DNA of 64,000 bases, from positions 28,522,001-28,586,000 of the forward strand of contig CM059432.1 in assembly GCA_030390025.1 (NCBI GenBank), read 5' to 3'. Below the pieces are notes generated by a model that saw only the letters and a program-made list of their open reading frames with translations, was not told the DNA's origin and did no database searches. A program made the translations under genes and the position numbers. Below, in pieces: positions 62,101 to 64,000 of the stretch (positions are counted from its first letter, which is position 1; the number at the start of each line of letters is the position of its first letter). This stretch comes from Squalus acanthias. Its lineage: Eukaryota.

Positions 62101-63037
62101 ACCTTCCCAGGTTTTCTTCAGGCAGAATGGAAGTGCCAGTCTTAGAATCACAGAATCATACAGCATAGAAGGCCATTCAGCCCATCATGCCTGTGCCAGA
62201 TCTTTGAAAGAGCGCTCCAATTAGTTCCACTCTCCTGCTCTTTCCCCACAGCCCTGCAAATTTTTCCTTTTCAAGTATATATCTAATTCCCTTTTGAAAA
62301 TTACTATTGAATCTGTGTCCACCACCCTTTCAGGCAGTGCATTCCAGATCACAACAACTCGCTGCTTAAAAAAAATTCTCCTCATCTCCCCCCTGGTTCT
62401 TTTGCCAAATACCTTAAATCTGAGTCCCCTGGTTACTGACCCTCCTGCCAATGGAAACAGTTTCTCTCTACTACATCAAAATCCCTCATAATTTTGAAGA
62501 CCTCTTTTAAATTTCCCCTTAACCTTCTCTACTCTAAGGAAAACAATCACAGCTTCTCCAGCCTCACCACATAACTGAAGACCCTCATCCCTGGTACCAT
62601 TCTAATAAATCTCCTCTGCACCCTCTACATGATGTTGACATCCTTCCTAAAGTGTGGTTCCCAGAATAAGATTCAATACTCCAGCTGAGGCCTAACCAGT
62701 GATTTATAAAGGTTTACCATAATTTCCTTGCTTTTGTGCTCTCTGCCTCTATTTATAAAGACAAATCTTCCTGCCTCCTCCACATCTTCTGGATTTTTTA
62801 ATTCCAAAGTTATACGTTCAATACTCAAAACAAAATTTAAAAAAATGCTTATGAGGGCTGCAGGCCCACAATGCACTTCACAAATCGCTCGCCACTGGTT
62901 TCGGCCGCACTGTACTAACAGATGCAAAACACTTGCTCACCGCTTCATCCTGTTCAGGCACCAGTGTGCTGGTTATCTCTTCCACATAGTTCGCCGGAAA
63001 CCACAGCTGTTTTTTGCCTCCATAGTCTCCTCGCCAC
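29109..63037 (-). CDS. PLCG1-like: Phospholipase C gamma (PLCG1-like), 3' part; spliced CDS join(63037-62941,61442-61376,57823-57660,53161-53065,51385-51161,48645-48497,45949-45835,43726-43565,38811-38723,32977-32793,29169-29109); gene continues beyond the window end
   Basis: 11 exons (1411 nt = 1 + 470 codons) with consistent phases, AG acceptors and GT donors (one GC). Peptides match PLC-gamma: [20 protein letters not shown] (SH3), [17 protein letters not shown] and [18 protein letters not shown] (Y-box), [11 protein letters not shown] and DNGLNPVW (C2). Confidence 0.95.
29712..31204. mobile_element. Harbinger-type MITE (outer), inserted in a SINE tail and containing a related MITE
   Basis: TIRs GGCCCGTATTTTC/GAAATTACGGGCC; SINE tail resumes as TATATAAATGCAAG. 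Confidence 0.8.
30048..30783. mobile_element. Harbinger-type MITE (inner)
   Basis: Perfect 18-bp TIR GGGCCAGAAATTCGGGTC/GACCCGAATTTCTGGCCC. Confidence 0.85.
31629..32302. mobile_element. Harbinger-type MITE
   Basis: Imperfect TIRs GAGCCAAATCGTGCTGG/CCATCAAGATTCGGCCC; ATT TSD; splits a SINE. Confidence 0.7.
32793..32977 (-). CDS. PLCG1-like: PLC-gamma exon: C-terminal tail ([17 protein letters not shown]...[26 protein letters not shown])
   Basis: AACAG acceptor, CG|GTAAAC donor, 185 bp, in frame with neighbours. Confidence 0.9.
33657..34416. mobile_element. GC-rich Harbinger-type MITE
   Basis: Ends GGGGGTGAAATT/AATTCTCCTCC; AAA TSD; internally similar to 46508-47352. Confidence 0.7.
37061..37255. 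repeat. 36-bp minisatellite, about 5.5 copies plus degenerate flanking units
   Basis: Unit TATTAGCGATAGACACCTTGGACAAAGATCTATC(C/A)C; 12-aa periodic ORFs. Confidence 0.95.
37963..38360 (+). mobile_element. CR1 3' fragment
   Basis: MRGDLIE...[23 protein letters not shown] tail. Confidence 0.9.
38723..38811 (-). CDS. PLCG1-like: PLC-gamma exon: end of C2 ([30 protein letters not shown])
   Basis: TTACAG acceptor, AAG|GTAAAA donor, 89 bp. Confidence 0.95.
39850..40510 (-). mobile_element. L2 3' fragment nested in an old CR1 (39710-40995)
   Basis: [19 protein letters not shown]1 sequence on both sides. Confidence 0.8.
41040..41530 (-). mobile_element. CR1 3' fragment
   Basis: [11 protein letters not shown]...[14 protein letters not shown]. 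Confidence 0.9.
41845..42418 (-). mobile_element. CR1 3' fragment directly downstream of the tRNA-Leu pseudogene
   Basis: [15 protein letters not shown]...[14 protein letters not shown]. Confidence 0.9.
42426..42509 (-). pseudogene. tRNA-Leu(CAG) pseudogene
   Basis: Minus strand reads ATGGCCGAGCGGTCTAAGGCGCTGCGTTCAGGTTGCAGTTTCCTCTGGAGGTGTGGGTTCATAATCCCACTTCTGACA, matching vertebrate tRNA-Leu-CAG; 5' acceptor strand lost and T-loop altered. Confidence 0.85.
43300..43448. mobile_element. Short MITE
   Basis: TIR GGGCGCGAAATTCGG/CCGAATTTCGCCCCC. Confidence 0.7.
43565..43726 (-). CDS. PLCG1-like: PLC-gamma exon: C2 domain (ADNGLNPVW...[24 protein letters not shown])
   Basis: TTCCAG acceptor, G|GTAACT donor, 162 bp. 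Confidence 0.95.
45835..45949 (-). CDS. PLCG1-like: PLC-gamma exon: C2 domain ([38 protein letters not shown])
   Basis: ACAG acceptor, G|GTAAGT donor, 115 bp. Confidence 0.95.
46508..47352. mobile_element. GC-rich Harbinger-type MITE inserted in a CR1 tail
   Basis: Perfect 16-bp TIR GGGGGAAAAATTCAGT/ACTGAATTTTTCCCCC; AAT TSD. Confidence 0.85.
48497..48645 (-). CDS. PLCG1-like: PLC-gamma exon: end of Y-box/start of C2 ([11 protein letters not shown]...EPITVQLQ)
   Basis: TGTAG acceptor; donor is CAG|GCAAGT (GC donor); 149 bp. Confidence 0.92.
48849..48915. mobile_element. 67-bp micro-MITE
   Basis: TIR GGAGGTAAATTTCC/GGAAATTTACCCCT; TAA TSD, canonical for PIF/Harbinger. Confidence 0.7.
49392..49591 (+). 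mobile_element. Palindromic Penelope-like insertion with a 14-bp TSD
   Basis: 82-bp inverted arms (49426-49507/49510-49591, 1 mismatch); TSD ATTGTTTCTGTAAT at 49378-49391 and 49592-49605. Confidence 0.85.
49505..49541 (+). ncRNA. Minimal type I hammerhead ribozyme motif (Penelope-associated)
   Basis: TCAC-CTGACGA-A-GGAGC-AGC-GCTCC-GAAA-GC-TT-GTGA: stem I, core, stem II, GAAA, short palindromic stem III, UH. Confidence 0.65.
50090..50960 (-). mobile_element. Old L2 RT fragment
   Basis: [25 protein letters not shown]. Confidence 0.8.
51161..51385 (-). CDS. PLCG1-like: PLC-gamma exon: Y-box ([23 protein letters not shown]...[12 protein letters not shown])
   Basis: GACAG acceptor, G|GTAAAC donor, 225 bp. 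Confidence 0.95.
53065..53161 (-). CDS. PLCG1-like: PLC-gamma exon: start of Y-box ([32 protein letters not shown])
   Basis: ACAG acceptor, A|GTAAGT donor, 97 bp. Confidence 0.95.
53880..54290 (-). mobile_element. tRNA-derived SINE
   Basis: Highly similar to 18120-18535. Confidence 0.8.
54490..54580. repeat. Degenerate (CA)n microsatellite; a similar one lies at 63866-63970
   Basis: Alternating CA/CG/TG dinucleotides. Confidence 0.8.
54985..57240 (+). mobile_element. Young CR1 LINE, about 2.2 kb of ORF2 with few disablements, inserted in an L2 fragment
   Basis: [46 protein letters not shown]2 sequence on both sides (54725-54985, 57245-57400). Confidence 0.95.
57660..57823 (-). CDS. PLCG1-like: PLC-gamma exon: split-PH C-half (VIQKEGK...[28 protein letters not shown])
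   Basis: GCAG acceptor, AGG|GTAAGT donor, 164 bp, phase-compatible. Confidence 0.93.
61376..61442 (-). CDS. PLCG1-like: PLC-gamma exon: start of split-PH C-half ([22 protein letters not shown])
   Basis: Polypyrimidine-CAG acceptor, G|GTGAGC donor, 67 bp; aligns to the PLCG1 ENSPLG..L.G..DVP.C motif; too short for the ORF track. Confidence 0.9.
62145..62790 (-). mobile_element. CR1 3' fragment
   Basis: [27 protein letters not shown]. Confidence 0.88.
62941..63037 (-). CDS. PLCG1-like: PLC-gamma exon: end of SH3 domain ([32 protein letters not shown])
   Basis: CAG|G TGG acceptor, GCG|GTGAGC donor, 97 bp. Confidence 0.93.
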
Positions 63038-63202
63038 CTGATTGGAGTGGGAGGGAAAAACATTCAGGATGAGGAAAGAAATACCAGCAGAATACAGGAA
63101 ATAAGCCAGCTACAATAACACACACAAAAAGAAATGTTTTATTTCCACTTTTTCTTGCACTTTCTATTTTAATTTATTATTTTCTCCTCTTGATCTTTCT
63201 TT

Positions 63203-63737
63203 TGTTCCTTCCCACCACCATCACACCATACAGCGGCACTGCAATAGGCCACTTCCTCCCCATCACAGTCACACCATACAGTGGCACTGCGATAGGCCAC
63301 TTCCTCCCCATCACAGTCACACCATACAGTGGCACTGCCAATGGCCTCTTCCTCCCCATCACCGTCACACTATTCAGCGGCACTGCGATAGGCCACTTCC
63401 TCCCCACCACCATCACACCATTCAGTGGCACTGCAATAGGCCACTTCCTCCCCATCACAGTCACACCATACAGCGGCACTGCGATAGGCCACTTCCTCCC
63501 CATCACAGTCACACCATACAGCGACACTGCAATAGGCCACTTCCTCCCCATCACAGTCACACCATACAGCGACACTGCAATAGGCCACTTCCTCCCCATC
63601 ACAGTCACACCATACAGCGACACTGCAATAGGCCACTTCCTCCCCATCACCGTCACACTATACAGCGACACTGCAATAGGCCACTTCCTCCCCACCACGG
63701 TCACACCATACAGCGACACTGCAATAGGCTACTTCCT
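63203..63737. repeat. 48-bp minisatellite, about 11 copies
   Basis: Unit CACTTCCTCCCCATCACAGTCACACCATACAGCGACACTGCAATAGGC; 16-aa periodic ORFs. Confidence 0.95.
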
Positions 63738-64000
63738 CTGAAATATTGATCCACTAGAATGAAAGGTTGCTAGGAATGCATTGTTATTAATTTTATTTGG
63801 AAACACAACTACATCACTGAAGAGGTATTTTGAGGTATTGTCAGGACCACAGCCAACATTTGCAGAGACACACACATACACACATGTGTGGACACATACA
63901 TATACACACACATATGCACATGCACATATGCATGAGAATGCACACACACCAAATGCACATGTGCACAGACACAGAGCAGGCAGCAGGCATTAAGCAAAAG

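Overview
Repeat-rich vertebrate genomic DNA. The CR1/L2 LINEs, Deu-type SINEs and Penelope fragments point to a cartilaginous fish (inference). The main host gene is the 3' half of a phospholipase C gamma gene on the minus strand. Its 11 coding exons (63037 down to the stop at 29109) splice in frame to 469 aa covering the SH3 end, split-PH C-half, Y-box, C2 domain and C-tail, with one GC-AG intron. The spPH and C-tail differ from canonical PLCG1 and mix PLCG1- and PLCG2-like motifs, suggesting a third PLC-gamma paralog. A CpG-island promoter and first exon of an unidentified minus-strand gene lie at about 3.6-4.1 kb, with candidate 5' exons near the window start. The rest is mostly transposon debris: CR1 and L2 LINEs, tRNA-derived SINEs, a decayed PIF/Harbinger transposase with its Myb partner, many Harbinger-type MITEs (one nested), an internally deleted LTR element carrying a hAT MITE, Penelope-like fragments with minimal hammerhead ribozymes (one in a 166-bp palindrome), a tRNA-Leu pseudogene abutting a CR1 3' end, and two minisatellites. 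Repeat boundaries were set by eye and are approximate.
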